Assembly: GCA_963693365.1 (NCBI GenBank)
Contig: CAVNZM010000017.1
Span: forward strand, 1,093,989 to 1,157,988
Direction: 5' to 3'
Source of the DNA: Amoebidium appalachense
Lineage: Eukaryota > Protista > Ichthyosporea
DNA: 64,000 nucleotides
This document shows positions 1-19,018 of the stretch, one piece after another. Numbering within the stretch: position 1 is the first letter of the stretch; every line of letters starts with the position of its first letter. The notes beneath the pieces were generated by a model. It ran no database searches. It was not told where the DNA came from and saw nothing but the letters and a program-made list of their open reading frames with translations. A program made the position numbers and the translations under genes.

Positions 1-200
1 TCATGATCAATGCTTTCCCGTTTTATTCAGTGACACGTCTGAACTGGCGCACATGTGCCGTGAGTACTTATTAGTCCAAAATAGATACAAAAGCAACAGA
101 AAATCATAAGGAAAAAAAACAAAAACATTCTCATCGGGCATCGAATATCGATGTTTCAATCACGATCTTTGCTTTGTTCGCTGTCTGAAGCTAACTCCCA

Positions 201-212
201 ATATATATATGT

Positions 213-246
<34 letters not shown>

Positions 247-252
247 TATATA
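201..252. repeat. (TA)n microsatellite
   Basis: Directly visible. Confidence 0.9.
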
Positions 253-1302
253 ACATCCGATCCCTCTCTCAGTTGTGATCATGAGCCTCGTGGCCATGCC
301 ACACCCAGCACCCACTTGGCACTGTAGAGTTACACGTTGCCGGCGAGGGACACATGCCATTACTATGTTAGGTCTCTCTAACAAAAAAATACTATTGCAA
401 TTGGGGGATTAGTTAGGTCGGGCCCACGTTTCCTATACCGCCTTGCCTTTTTAGGGTAGGCTGTTATGACTTGTCATGCGCCCGTATCACCGGCTCAAAT
501 TGACTAACTTTCCTATTGGTTTGTGTTTGGCGCCCGCAAGAGTCGCACACCAAACACTGTTGAGCATTTAGTTTTTGCCGCCTGCGACCACTGCAGTCAT
601 TAGGGGAACAAGTACCTGTGCGCTCCAGGTACCATGACGCGTAAAGTGGGTAGCAAGAATAAAAGCCGGGGTAAGGCCGGTGGCAAGAGAGAGAATGCTG
701 GCCGGCCTACTAGCTTGAGTAAGGCTGCAAGTGGCACCCAAAGTATAGTTCCCTTCTTTTCTAAACAGCAACAGGCTGTGCAGTTAGCTCAGGGGGGGCG
801 TGAAAGTAGTGTTGAGGAGGAGGAAGAAGTGAGGATTTGATTCTTAAAGTGACATTGCTGGCACTTGAATATCAAGCAGTACTTCCATGCCACAACTCAA
901 TTATAATTCCCCCCTCCCCCCCCTCCCCCTCCCCCCTCCCCCTTCCCCTTCTCCCCCTTCCCCTTCTCCGGGGCTGCCCACCCGTCCATCTTTTCATCCT
1001 CAAAAATCACCAATCAAACACCCAAAACCAAACAAATCCCTCCCCCCTCCCCCCCCCCCCCCCCCAAAAAAAAAAAAAAAAAAAAAAGAGAGGGAAAAGA
1101 AAAAAAAAGAAAACGGAAAAAAAAAATTAAAATAAAAACAGAATGAGAACTAAGATGGTGACTGCTGACCTGTCATTCAAGACACCGTAAAAAGAAGTAA
1201 GAATATATGTGTGTGTATTACATATTGAAGGCGCGCAAAATCTCACATACAACAATCCTCCTACATTCTGTAAAATTTCAGTTTCAGACCCCCACCCCAA
1301 TC

Positions 1303-8089
<6,787 letters not shown>

Positions 8090-8486
8090 CGTGACGACAC
8101 ACGTAGATGGTGCACGTGATTCAGTGACACTTGGTTCTGTTTTATGCGGGATATGTGATTGGTTGAAGTGAACTCTCGATGCACGCTGCAGATAGGTCTG
8201 GTGCCTATGGGCATACGGCAGTATCCTGCAAGCCAAGGCAAGTGGTTAGAAAGCCAGATGGGTTTGGTATGGTCACGAACATCACACACTACCGGGAAAG
8301 GGGGAGGAGTACAGTGTCCGTCCGCGCCTAAGATCGTCCACTGCTAAGATTCCGTATACGCCGATTTTGCCAAGATCTTTAGATTCCGTATACGAGCCCA
8401 TTTTCGGTATAATCTTTGAGGAAAAAACTCCCCCCCCCCCCCCCCCCCCTCTCCCCCCGCCCCCTCCCCCCTTCCTCCCCCCCTTC

Positions 8487-8535
<49 letters not shown>

Positions 8536-9023
8536 TCCTCCCCGGCCCCCTCCCCTCCCCCTAAAAAAAAAAACTCTCCAGCCCCTCAGTCACATGTACA
8601 GAAGTTCAGAGTAGACAGCTGCAGGGTTCCTCCTGAGATGTGTTTATTATTGTTTCCCCCTCTCTCGCCACTCTTGCTCCCTCCCTCCCAAGTAGCTCTC
8701 TCTCTCTCTCTCTCTCTCTCCCCCCCCCCCCCCCTCCTCTCTCTCTGTCAATTGAACACTGCATGTACGGCTCCCACCTTCCCTCCCTATCTCCCCCACT
8801 GCGCATGCAATGCAGTCCCCTCCCTTCCCCCGCCTTCCCCCCCCCCCCCCCCCTCCACATTGGTAACCTCTATAATTAGCCCTCTAGGTTGCCTCCCCCC
8901 ACCCCCCAACCCTCCCTCCCCCTCCAAGGCCCCAAAATCCAACCACCCCGCTCTTTTTCCCCCATCACATCGCTCCTTTTCCCCCATCACAAACACGTCT
9001 CCCCGGCGCCATGTCACCCTACC

Positions 9024-9068
<45 letters not shown>

Positions 9069-9352
9069 CCCTCAAGATCATGGGTACGACCGGTCGTCTC
9101 CGGCTCTCATTGCCTTAAGATTTCGTCAACACCCCTTCAAAACCGTAGAATCGTAACCGCGGACGCAAACTGCAGGGCATCAGGTTGGTGAAGCCCAGTG
9201 AGCAACTATGTAATCGGGGCCAGGTATAGTGGTCTGAGTATATGTATTGGTTGGTTGGTTGTTTGAAGAGGGGGGGGAGGGGGGGGAGGGGGGGGGGGGA
9301 GGGGGGGGGGAAGGTTTATTTTTTCTTTTGCTCTCGGTGAATTTGTTTCTTT

Positions 9353-9391
<39 letters not shown>

Positions 9392-9406
9392 ACACACACA
9401 CACAAA

Positions 9407-9442
<36 letters not shown>

Positions 9443-10571
9443 AGGAAGGAAGGAAGGAAGGAAGAAACGAAAACGAAGAGAACACCCACGCTTCCTTGCT
9501 CTCCCCAAGATCAATTGTGAAAGGCTACCATTACATAGAGGTGGAATATAAGAAGAAGGCGCCCGGGACGGGGAGGGGGGGGGCTTAAGGCTGTTTATGT
9601 GCCATGTGTCGGAGTGTGGCACCTGTGTGTCTACACACGTGTGCACGTGCGTGCGTGAGTGCGTGCGTGCGTGTGTTTGTGTGTGGGTGCTATGTGTTGC
9701 TCGAAATCATTTGACTTTGGTGTGTATCGGATGCCACAGCTTTCAGTCACAAAACTTTCACCCTCTCTGCTCATGACTGTTTCAAATATTACATTAATGG
9801 CCCAACAAGTGTAAAATCCCCCCATTCTTAGTTTTAAGGCACAGACCACATTATTATTTTCCAAGAACTTTTTTTCTACTCGTGGGGAAAACTGCAGAGA
9901 TTTGTAGTATTCTGCCATCTATCACGCAGGCATGTAAATCGAGTTCGTACCCACCTTCCAAGTGTTGTCAACGGCACTTCTATGTGCAAATGTTGAACCC
10001 TCACTCAAACTCTCTTCTTCCTGGACCCAATTGCAACTGTGCATAGAGGCAGGGCAAGAAACCAAACATACAAGCCAGTGGTGTACTGGTTGCTTTTTTG
10101 CCTTTCATAGGGCGAGTCGCCTTTCCGAAAAACTATTAGCAAGTTGCCAAACCGTCTGCCCTGAGTGCGGGGTTACACTAGATTATGTACATGTATACGT
10201 GCACCCACTATTATGTGTCACAGGCACCTGCCTACAAAGGCCCGCAAGTTTTGAAAACAGTACGCAGTGTGATGAAATAAATCTGTTCTATGCGCATGCC
10301 GACTACAAACTAGCTTCGAACAACGCAATGGAGCAGGAGGGAATGTATATGCCCATATATATATGTCCAGAGCCGGATCATTTTCTTTTCTGCCTGTTGT
10401 TTTTGTTGTGTTCGCATGATGATAGCACAACTGTCACCTTCAAAACACGTGTCACTGACCTCACTCGCTCGGAGTCGCTCCAGCCCTTCCCACGCCTGAT
10501 TGGTAGCCCTGGAATTTCTAATTGATCTGATTGGTGGAAAGCAGCCAATGGGTGTTTTGCTGAGAGGAGGT

Positions 10572-11852
10572 TGTGACGTAGATATACATCGAGTCACCCC
10601 AGACACGGAAGCCCCCCAGATCAATAAACATCACGATGTAAATGGGGCTTCCGGGACCTGGCGTCCTCAGTCTTTTCCTTGTCCAAAACTTATTTCTTGT
10701 CAATGAAAGCTGTGACCATCCCTCCCCCATCCGACTTTCATCCGTCTTCAAATTCATATTCCCATCACATTTCGATGTCGCATGGTAGCAGAAAAGGAAG
10801 GTCTCCCTCGGGGGTAACCAGGTAAACACGCTTCCACACGCGCGCTCTGCTAGCATGCTACGATAGCTCATTTTTACGGACGGATGGTCACAGCAGTCCA
10901 CGGATAACTACGGATACACGAGGATGCATTTGCTTACTATTCGGACGTCGCCCCGCAATGAGGCCTTTTTTTTTTTGCAACAGCCATATCATTTTTTATA
11001 TTGTAGCACACACAACCCGGTTTTCGCACCAGCCCATTTCTCATGAGCGCATCATCTTTTCCCATTTTCCACACACAACCACACAGTGATCGGCAAGTTT
11101 TGGTCCTGATACTTTGTGCGTATAAGCAAAGCACGAGAAACGCCACCCCCGTGTGCTGCTAATCCCGCATAATGGGTGCCGGCCAGACACTAAGCCCAGC
11201 ACACGTTTGCCGGAGGGTGTGAGTCTCGGACTTTGCTTATGCCCACACGGTGGTTAAGATCACTACCTGACGATCACTAGAGTCGTGTGTTTTCCTTCAG
11301 TCTGAACAGCCGTCGTTTGCGCAAACTACGTGTATATACCCAATCACGATATATTTCAACATGTACATCCGGAAGATCTATGTCTGCTTCTCGCTCTTGC
11401 TCGCCTCTGCTTACATGTTTTGCTTTTATGTTTTGTACCCACGTGAGGTCATCCTCAGAGGCACTGCAGCCCGCCCACGTGTGGTTAGGGGATGGCTTGG
11501 AGGTTTGCCTGTCCCTGACATATACACTGTGACGCCCCCCCCTACCCCTAGTATGCATCCACATGCTTTTATGTTTGCACCCACGTACTAGCCTTATCCA
11601 TGTGTGAGGACACACACTATCCTTCTCTTGTGCGCTTAACATGTGACGTAGATATACATCGAGTCACCCCAGACACGGAAGCCCCCCAGATCAATAAACA
11701 TCACGATGTGAATGGGGCTTCCGGGACCTGGCGTCCTCAGTCTTTTCCTTGTCCAAAACTTATTTCTTGTCAATGAAAGCTGTGACCATCCCTCCCCCAT
11801 CCGACTTTCATCCGTCTTCAAATTCATATTCCCATCACATTTCGATGTCGCA
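10572..11852 (+). mobile_element. Non-autonomous LTR element (TRIM/LARD-like) with two 211-bp LTRs
   Basis: LTRs 10572-10782 and 11642-11852 run TGTGACGT...ATGTCGCA, with one substitution seen between them. PBS TGGTAGCAGA (tRNA-iMet 3' end) at 10783. Flanks GAGGT/GCGGT are a 4/5 TSD match. No RT ORF inside and no clear PPT before the right LTR. Confidence 0.75.
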
Positions 11853-14800
11853 GCGGTAGGGTCCAACCCACTGTGGGGTTAGTTTCTTTGCACGTCCTGT
11901 GGTGGTGTTAGGGGCATAGACCCTGACCAACTGGCCTGGCTGCCATATACGGACATTCTGGGTTTTGTAGTTAGCAGCCGAGCGCATGCGTGCGAGAGCA
12001 ATGGCTGTGCGGGCGAGGTCACGAGCTTCACGTAAGCGCAGGATGAGTGAGCGTGCATAGTCTGAGCGGGGTGTATGATCATGGGTTGGGGGGTCGAGGT
12101 GCATGTCTTGGGGGAGGCGGGGTTCATAGCCTTTGTTGAGGAAGAACGGGGAATCCAGACCGCTATCATAAAGGGCTACACGGAGAGCGAAGCATGTGAG
12201 GGGGAGGTGTAGATCCCAATCCTGATGGTGTGTGGAGGTGTAGTTGCGGAGGATGTGTACGATGTCTTTGTTTGCACGCTCTACAAGGCCAGCTGACTGG
12301 TGGGTGTGGGGGGAGGAGACGAGGTGTTTGATGCCTAACAGGTAACACAGCTCAAAGAGAACAGCACTCGTGAGGGTGGACTCGGCATCAGTGCGCAGTG
12401 TGGTGGCAAAGCCGTGATGGGCAAACACACGATTAACGATTGCATCAGCTATGGTGCGCGCGGTTTTATCCCTAAGCGGGAATGCCTCTACCCAGTGCGT
12501 GAAATTGCAAATGACCACCAGAATATGTCTATGACCATTGAAGGTGACGGGGAGGTCAACAATAAGGACGAGCGTGATGTCTTGCCACGGTTGGGAGGGG
12601 ATGGAAGGGGTGGGAGGTGCACGTGGGAGGGTAGGGGGGCTTTGAACTTTTGGCATTGAGTGCATGCGGACACCCAGTGATACACATCCGAGTACATGTT
12701 GGGCCACCAATACCTTTCACGGATGAGCTGATAGGTCTTGGCGGTGCCGAGGTGGCCCGCAAATACGCTGTTGTGGCAAGCATCCAGCACTTGCTGCTTC
12801 ACGCCGGAAGGAATGCAGATAGTGTATGTGTCCCTTGTGCGCATGCCTTTGCGTGTGGGAACATAAATGTGGTAAAGGGTGCCATTATGCATGCGGAAGG
12901 AATCCTTCTCTAAAAGGATGCGGCGGGCGAGAGTATTGTTGTTAGGGAGGGTGTTGGTTTCCAGAAAGGTGATGATGGGAGAGAGGTCTGGATCGAGGCG
13001 TTGTTGTTGGGTTATTTCAGTGGGGTTGAGGGGGATGATTTGAGGGAGGAAGCTGTAGTAGGGACGGAGGTAGTCGGTGTTGGAGGGGAGGGGTGTGTGG
13101 CCTGGGAGGTTGGGTGTGAAGGGGGTTGTAGGGAGGGTCAGAACAGGAGCTGATGGGAGGAGGGTTGTGGGAGCGGGGGAGGGGGGGGAAGCAGGGGCCG
13201 ACATGGGGGGGAGAAAGGGAGAGATAGGACAGTGGGAAGTTACCTTAGACCTGGGGGCGGCACAGTATGAGGGTGGGTGGAGGTGTGAGCATATGTAGTC
13301 GTCTGAGGGGGAATGGTGTAGCTGATTGTGGGTGAGTAGGCTGGACCCCCCACATTCCTGGATGGGAATGATGGGGGTCGGGGGGAGCTGTGGCATGGGG
13401 AGAGGGAAGGCGGTAGCTACTAAGGGGGTGCCCGCAGCTGGAGGGGTAACTAGGCGGGGATCAGAGGTATATGGGAGGGGGTGATATCGGGAAAGCATAT
13501 CGGCAAGTGTGTGCTGGAGGCCAGGACGGTGTTGGATATCGAAATCATATTCCTGTAGGATTAGGGCCCACCGCTCTAGTCGACCGTTTGGTTTGTTTTT
13601 GGTGAGGATGGCTTTGAGGGCTGAATGATCGGTGACTAAGGTGAACCGGCGACCCCAGAGGTAGGGGCGGTGGTGTTGTACAGCCCATACCATGGCTAGC
13701 CCTTCTAGATCGGTGATGCAATAGCGTTTTTGTTCATTGTGAAGAGCGCGACTAGCGTACGAGATGATGACTTCCTGCCCATCTTGTATTTGTTTGAGTA
13801 CAGCCCCTAGTCCATCTACGCTTGCGTCCGTTTCAAGGATAAAAGGCTGAGAGAAGTCGGGGTGGGCGAGGATAGGCTGTGAAACTAATCGATCGCGGAG
13901 ATATTCGAATGCTGTCTGGCGAGTGGGGGTCCATTCGTAATGTGAGCCAACGAGGGTGAGGTCGCGCAAAGGCTTAGCAATAACCGTGAAATTGCGAACG
14001 AATTTGCGATAATATCCCACAATGCCTAAAAATGATTGGACCTCTTTGACTGTGTGTGGGGCCGGCCAGTTCTTGATGGCGGCCTCTACTTTTGAGGTGT
14101 CGGGTTGAATACCTGCTTCGGAGACTTTGTGGCCTAAAAACTTAATCTCCAGCTGGGCAAAATGAGATTTTTCGAGATTGAGGACACAGCCGTGTTGATT
14201 GAAGCGCGCAAACACTTTATCTAAGTGGATGAGGTGGTCATCCCAAGTCCGCGAAAAGATGAGGCAATCGTCTAGGTAGCAAAGCACAAAATCCCAAGTG
14301 AAGCCCTGCATTACGAGAGACATAGCGCGTTGGAAGGTAGCGGGACCGTTTGTGACACCCATGGGCATGCAGAGCCATTCGTATAACCCAGACCAAGTGT
14401 TGAATGCTGTTTTTGGAATATCTTCTTCGGCCATAGGGATTTGGAAAAACCCGGAAGAGAGGTCGACCGCGGAGAAATATTTCGCCTTGTAGAGAGCATT
14501 AAAACAGTCGTCGATGTGGGGTAGAGGGTAGACGTCACGCTCAGTGATTTGGTTGAGTTTTCTGTAGTCGCATGTTATGCGCACGCTACCGTTCGGTTTT
14601 TTGACTAACACCACACGCGAGGCCCACGGGCCTGTTCCGGGTCTAATTGCGCGAATGTCTAACAGCTTTTTTACCTCGGTTTCTGTAAGATCGCGTTCAG
14701 GGGGGCCTTGCCTGCCAGGATAGTGAAAGATTGGCTGGGCATTACCGGTGTTAATGCGGTGTACTATACCTAGGTTATGCATGCTGCCGGCAATTAGCTC

Positions 14801-15649
14801 TGTGCGTGGACGGTGTTTAAGGAGGAGGTCGATTAGGGACTGTTTTTGTAGTGGGGTGAGGTGGGCATACTGCGAGGTAGACTTGATATCTGCTATTTTC
14901 TTGCTAAGGATATCTTCTGGCCAACCGTTCGCATATTCTAACATATCATCATCTTGGGAGTGGACATGGAGGGGGGAGGGAGACGAAGGGGGTGGGAGGG
15001 GTTGTTGGTCTGATGATGGGGGTTGGGGGTTCGAGTTGGTTAGTGGGTTAGGCATGTTCGATTCCCAGTTAGTAGATGTCAGAGGCGTTATGGATGTGGA
15101 TGTCGGGGGGGATTTAGATGTTGGGGATGTGGATGTTGATATTGGCTGTGTGGATATCGATGTACGTGTAGTAGGTAGTGTGGCCACCATGGGAGGGGTT
15201 GGGGGGGGGGGGGGGGACGGTGTGATGAGGGGAGTGGGGCCGGGGGGCCCGGGGCTGCTGTGGGGGGGGGAAGGGCCGGGGAGGTGGGGGGGGAGAGGTG
15301 GGGGGAACGTGGGACAAGGGTGTGTGGTGGTGTACAGACGTCTAGTATGGGGTGTGTGGGAGGAAGGGTAGGGGTGGGGGTTTTCGTATGAGGTTGGGGG
15401 CATGGTGTAGGTGGTAAAGTATTTGTGTTGGAAGAGGGTGGGAGGTTGGGGGGCGCGTGCAACGGTGGGTGTAGGGGTTTTACGTGAGAGGGAGGACTCG
15501 GATGGAAAGGAAGGGGGTACGGGTGGGGGGTTGGGGTCACTAGTGGGTGGGGCTGTGGGCGAGGGCGGTGGGGGTGATGTAGCTTGAGTGGGAGGGGGCG
15601 GTGGGGGTGATGAGGCTTGGGGTGTGGGGGGGAAGGAAGTCTGAAACAT
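11835..15649 (-). CDS. pol: Pol polyprotein: RT, RNase H, integrase (frameshift near 12620)
   Basis: RT motifs DYRKLN, AVDLSSGFFQI, MPMGVTNGPATFQ, YLDD. RNase H motifs ETDASVDGLGAVL and LVTDHSAL. Integrase HHCC zinc finger, core LRTDAE...GLVERANK, and a GPY motif. Confidence 0.93.
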
Positions 15650-16194
15650 CCAAGGGGGTTACTTCCAAGGTGTTGGGGGGGTGGATGTCGACGAATGGGA
15701 TACAAGCAACAACTGTGCGACGCGAGAGAGAGATGGGCTGTGGGGTGGGGTTGGAGATGGGGAGAATTTGGTGTTGGTGGGGGTGGAGGGAAAGCAAGAT
15801 GCGGGGGAGCACAATATGGTTGTATGGGGAGAGGGGAGTCGTCTGTGCGACAGCATCATGCTGGCGGTGATCGGGGTGGAGGGGTGGGGTGAGGCATGGG
15901 ACATGTACGGTAGACCGAGGAGGTAATGTTATTGCACAACGCGTATACACCAGGTACATATCAGCCAAAGTGCGTAATTTATTCTGATTTGTGTTTGCAG
16001 AAGCAGATGAGGGGGTCGAAGCAGGCGAAGACGCAGTACATGGGGCGGGAGAAGATGACGACACAGGACACGGTGCAGAGGCGAGTGGCGCAGACACAGA
16101 GGGTGGGCTAGCAGGCACGTGCATGGCTTTCTGTGTGGGGGCGGGGGGGGGGGGGGGGGCCAGAGGGGGTGGGTTGGTAAATGGATCGTTCTGG

Positions 16195-16305
16195 TGTTGA
16201 ATGTGGATGTTGGGCATGCGATTTTGGATATTGATGTTGGACATGGACATGCGATTTTGGATATCGATGTTGGACATGCGATTTTGAATATTGATGTTGG
16301 TGGTA
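16195..16305. repeat. ~27-bp coding minisatellite (NI[ND]IQNRM x3-4) inside the gypsy element
   Basis: Repeated CATGCGATTTTGRATATYGATGTTGG. Confidence 0.8.
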
Positions 16306-16359
16306 GGCATGTTAAGGCTTTGGGGATCTTGGTTATTGGTCGGGCGGGGGGTGGGTGAC

Positions 16360-16941
16360 CTAGCATCGGGGGTGGCGACAGGGGGTGCGGGAGGAGGGGT
16401 TGTGGGGGGGGGGGGGAGGGGCGTGCGTGTGTTGCAGCTCAGCATGGATGGCAGCGGGGGAGACGGGGGGGATGGAGAGCTTGGTGAAATTGCACGATGC
16501 AGGTGCAAGGGAGATGGGAATAGAGTAGGTGGTGCCGGCAGGGAGGAAGAGATGGAATGAGGAAAAATCTTCTATGCGTGTGTGTATGCCGCGTGCAAGG
16601 AAGCGATTCCAGAAGTCTGTGCCAAGGATGAGGGGGACAGCGAGATCAGGGGTGACATAAACGCGGTGTTTGAGAGTAATGGGTGTGTTGGTGAGGGAGA
16701 TGGGGAGAATGGTTGTGCCGAGCAGGGTGAAGGGGGTGTTGTTGGCAGAGAGTGCAGTTGTGAATCGGGCTGGTGTAAGATGCATGGGATGGTGGTGGTC
16801 GCGGTTGAGGGTTTGGAGGGTTGAGAGAGGCATCACAGATATAGCAGCACCTAAATCCATGATCGAGCGGAGAGGGAGGGTGTGTGTGTTAACATTTATG
16901 AAAGTGGGGGTGGTGATCGAGGAGGGTTTATTTAGTTCCAC
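16360..16941 (-). CDS. Retropepsin-like aspartic protease of the gypsy element
   Basis: SIMDLGAAISVM (D[ST]G variant) and PLILGTDFW motifs. Confidence 0.8.
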   Translation of the reverse strand: MELNKPSSITTPTFINVNTHTLPLRSIMDLGAAISVMPLSTLQTLNRDHHHPMHLTPARFTTALSANNTPFTLLGTTILPISLTNTPITLKHRVYVTPDLAVPLILGTDFWNRFLARGIHTRIEDFSSFHLFLPAGTTYSIPISLAPASCNFTKLSIPPVSPAAIHAELQHTHAPPPPPHNPSSRTPCRHPRC

Positions 16942-18687
16942 TTCTTCCCATGCCGTCCAATCATATTCAGAGGTGGGGTCATTGGGGTCTTTGAGAGGGG
17001 GGAGGGAGACGTTGGTGATGAGGGCATGGGTGGGATAAGCTCCTTCGTTGCAGGGGTTATGGTTGGCTTTCGAGATGCGAGGGCGGGAATGGGGGAGGTG
17101 GGAGCGAGCTGGTGGGGGTGGAGGGGGGGTGGGAGGGGGGCTGGAATGGGGAGGTTGTGAGTGTGTGTTGGGTACCGGGGAGGTAGAGGGGTTGGGGGTA
17201 GGCGCACCTGCGGCTCAGCTCCTGTGGTATCTGTGGATGCTGTGGGGGGATGGGGGAGATTGGGGGTGGGGGGGAACATACAGCCACGGTGCTGTCCATG
17301 CTGGTCGGGTGTAGCCCCAGGGGCAACGGGGGAAAAGCCCGGCGGAGGGGGGGGTGGGCCATGGGGTCCCGGGATCATGGCCACCATACGCTGGGGGTCG
17401 CTGCGCTCAGCCAAAAGGCGCTCAAGGCGCTCCCCCCTTTCACGCTCTGCCTGCAGTTGAGCCAAAAGGTCCTGTTGGTGGTTGCGCACTGCTTGGTCTC
17501 GGTCGTGTTGGAGGTTGCGCATTTCGCGCCGAAGGGACGCCAGCTCGTTGTCTTCAGGTGCGGGCAGGGCAGGAAGTGTGCGGTGGGGTGCACGAGGGGG
17601 GTAGGGGTTCGGGTTTTCGCGGGTTGTCGTGTGGCGCACGACCGGCCAACGTTTGGGGTCGTGGTCGGGGTGTCCCGGGCATCCCGCATAGTTGCGGCTG
17701 TGCTGAGTGAGGCACCGCTCGCAGTCGTAATGGTTGGCGTCAACGTGCATTTCAGCCCTCTTAGTCTGGCCGCGCCCGAGACAGATGCTGCAAGGGGGGC
17801 GACCTCCCGGTGCTCGGGTAGGGTGGGCCTGGTTGGGGGGGGGGAAGGAGAGGGGTTTGGACGTTGAAAGTGGGGGGGTAGGTGGGGTACTGGGGGAAGT
17901 GAGGGTAGGTCTGGTAGGGGAAGGGGGGCGTGCTGTTGGGGGCCGGTGGAGGGGGAAGGAGATGGTAGGGGTTGGTTTGTGGGGGGTGGTAGGTCGGGTT
18001 GGTGGGAGGAGGGTAGTGGGGGTGGGTGGTAGGGTTGGAGGTTGGGTTAGTGTTGACGTTAAACAGTGCCGGGGCGGCGCCGGTGGGACGGGCGAACGCA
18101 TTGCCCACGCCCGGAAGGTGTGCGGTCAGCTCCGGGTTGAGAAGCATCGAACGTGCTTGCGCCCATGTCTGCCACAGCAGGGCAAAGTTGGCGCAGTCGG
18201 TGCCGGCTTCGCTGAACAGTCGGCGCCCGTGTTTGAGCTTTTTGCCGTCGTTCATGTTGACGTCCACCGTGTGGGCTGCCAGCTCGAACGCCTGTGTCCA
18301 TGTCTGGGGGTTGTCGACCGTGGGGTCGTACTTGAAGCCCTTAAAGGCCGACTTATACTGTTTTTGACGAATAAGGTCGTGGAAAACGTCGAGGAAGTCT
18401 TGTTTCAACAGGGGCCAGTTGTTGTTGTAGTGTCCCTGCAGCAAGCGTGGTTGAATGGTGCTGTGGAACAAAGGGGTGGCGGTGGTGCCTAGACACTGTG
18501 GGAGCATAGTGTGGCGGTGGTTGCCTGCATAGGCTGCTCCGCTGGTCGCCTGCTCGAACGACTCAATCCACAGCGCGGCATTCTGGCTCGTTTCGTACTT
18601 CGGGAGTGCTACGGGTGGGGCCTGTGCTAGCTGCATAGCCCGCAGCGTTGTTGACAGCTCGGTGATAGCTTGAGCTGCAGCTGCCAT
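16932..18687 (-). CDS. Gag-like protein split over two overlapping frames (17761-18687 and 16932-18101)
   Basis: LPKYETSQNAALWIESFEQA retrotransposon-gag-like start; Cys/His cluster CSIC...H...CERC...H...C...H; lies between the PBS and the protease. Confidence 0.75.
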
Positions 18688-19018
18688 GTTGACAACAAAT
18701 TTTCGTAGGTCGGGGGGAATCCGTTGTGTATCCGATGGTTATCCTAGTAATCCGATGTGGTCCATGTAAACTATTAAGTATATCTCTATTTTGGGCTATC
18801 TTTTGATTGCTTCGTAGTGTGTGGGCTAGACGTGAGGCCTTGGTCACGCGGTCAAGTTGATATGTGGAATGTGGTGTTGTAGCGGGCTATCCACAGTATC
18901 CAGTTTGAATCCGCGTGAATCTGTACTGTGTTTGATGGTCTCACCGTGCGGGCTCCCTGCAAAAAACGTGGGAAGCGTACTGGGCACCACAGAGGGAGAC
19001 CTTCCTACCCTGTTACCA

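Noticed and set aside
634-840. 68-aa basic/acidic ORF after a CCAAT box
   Set aside because: Could be a gene or transposase start, but has no recognisable motif or continuing exon.
9077-9588. Two exon-like pieces (IMGTTGRLRLSLP*...GRKLQGIR / SIVKGYHYIEVEYKKK)
   Set aside because: The joining frame has two stops and no family is recognised.
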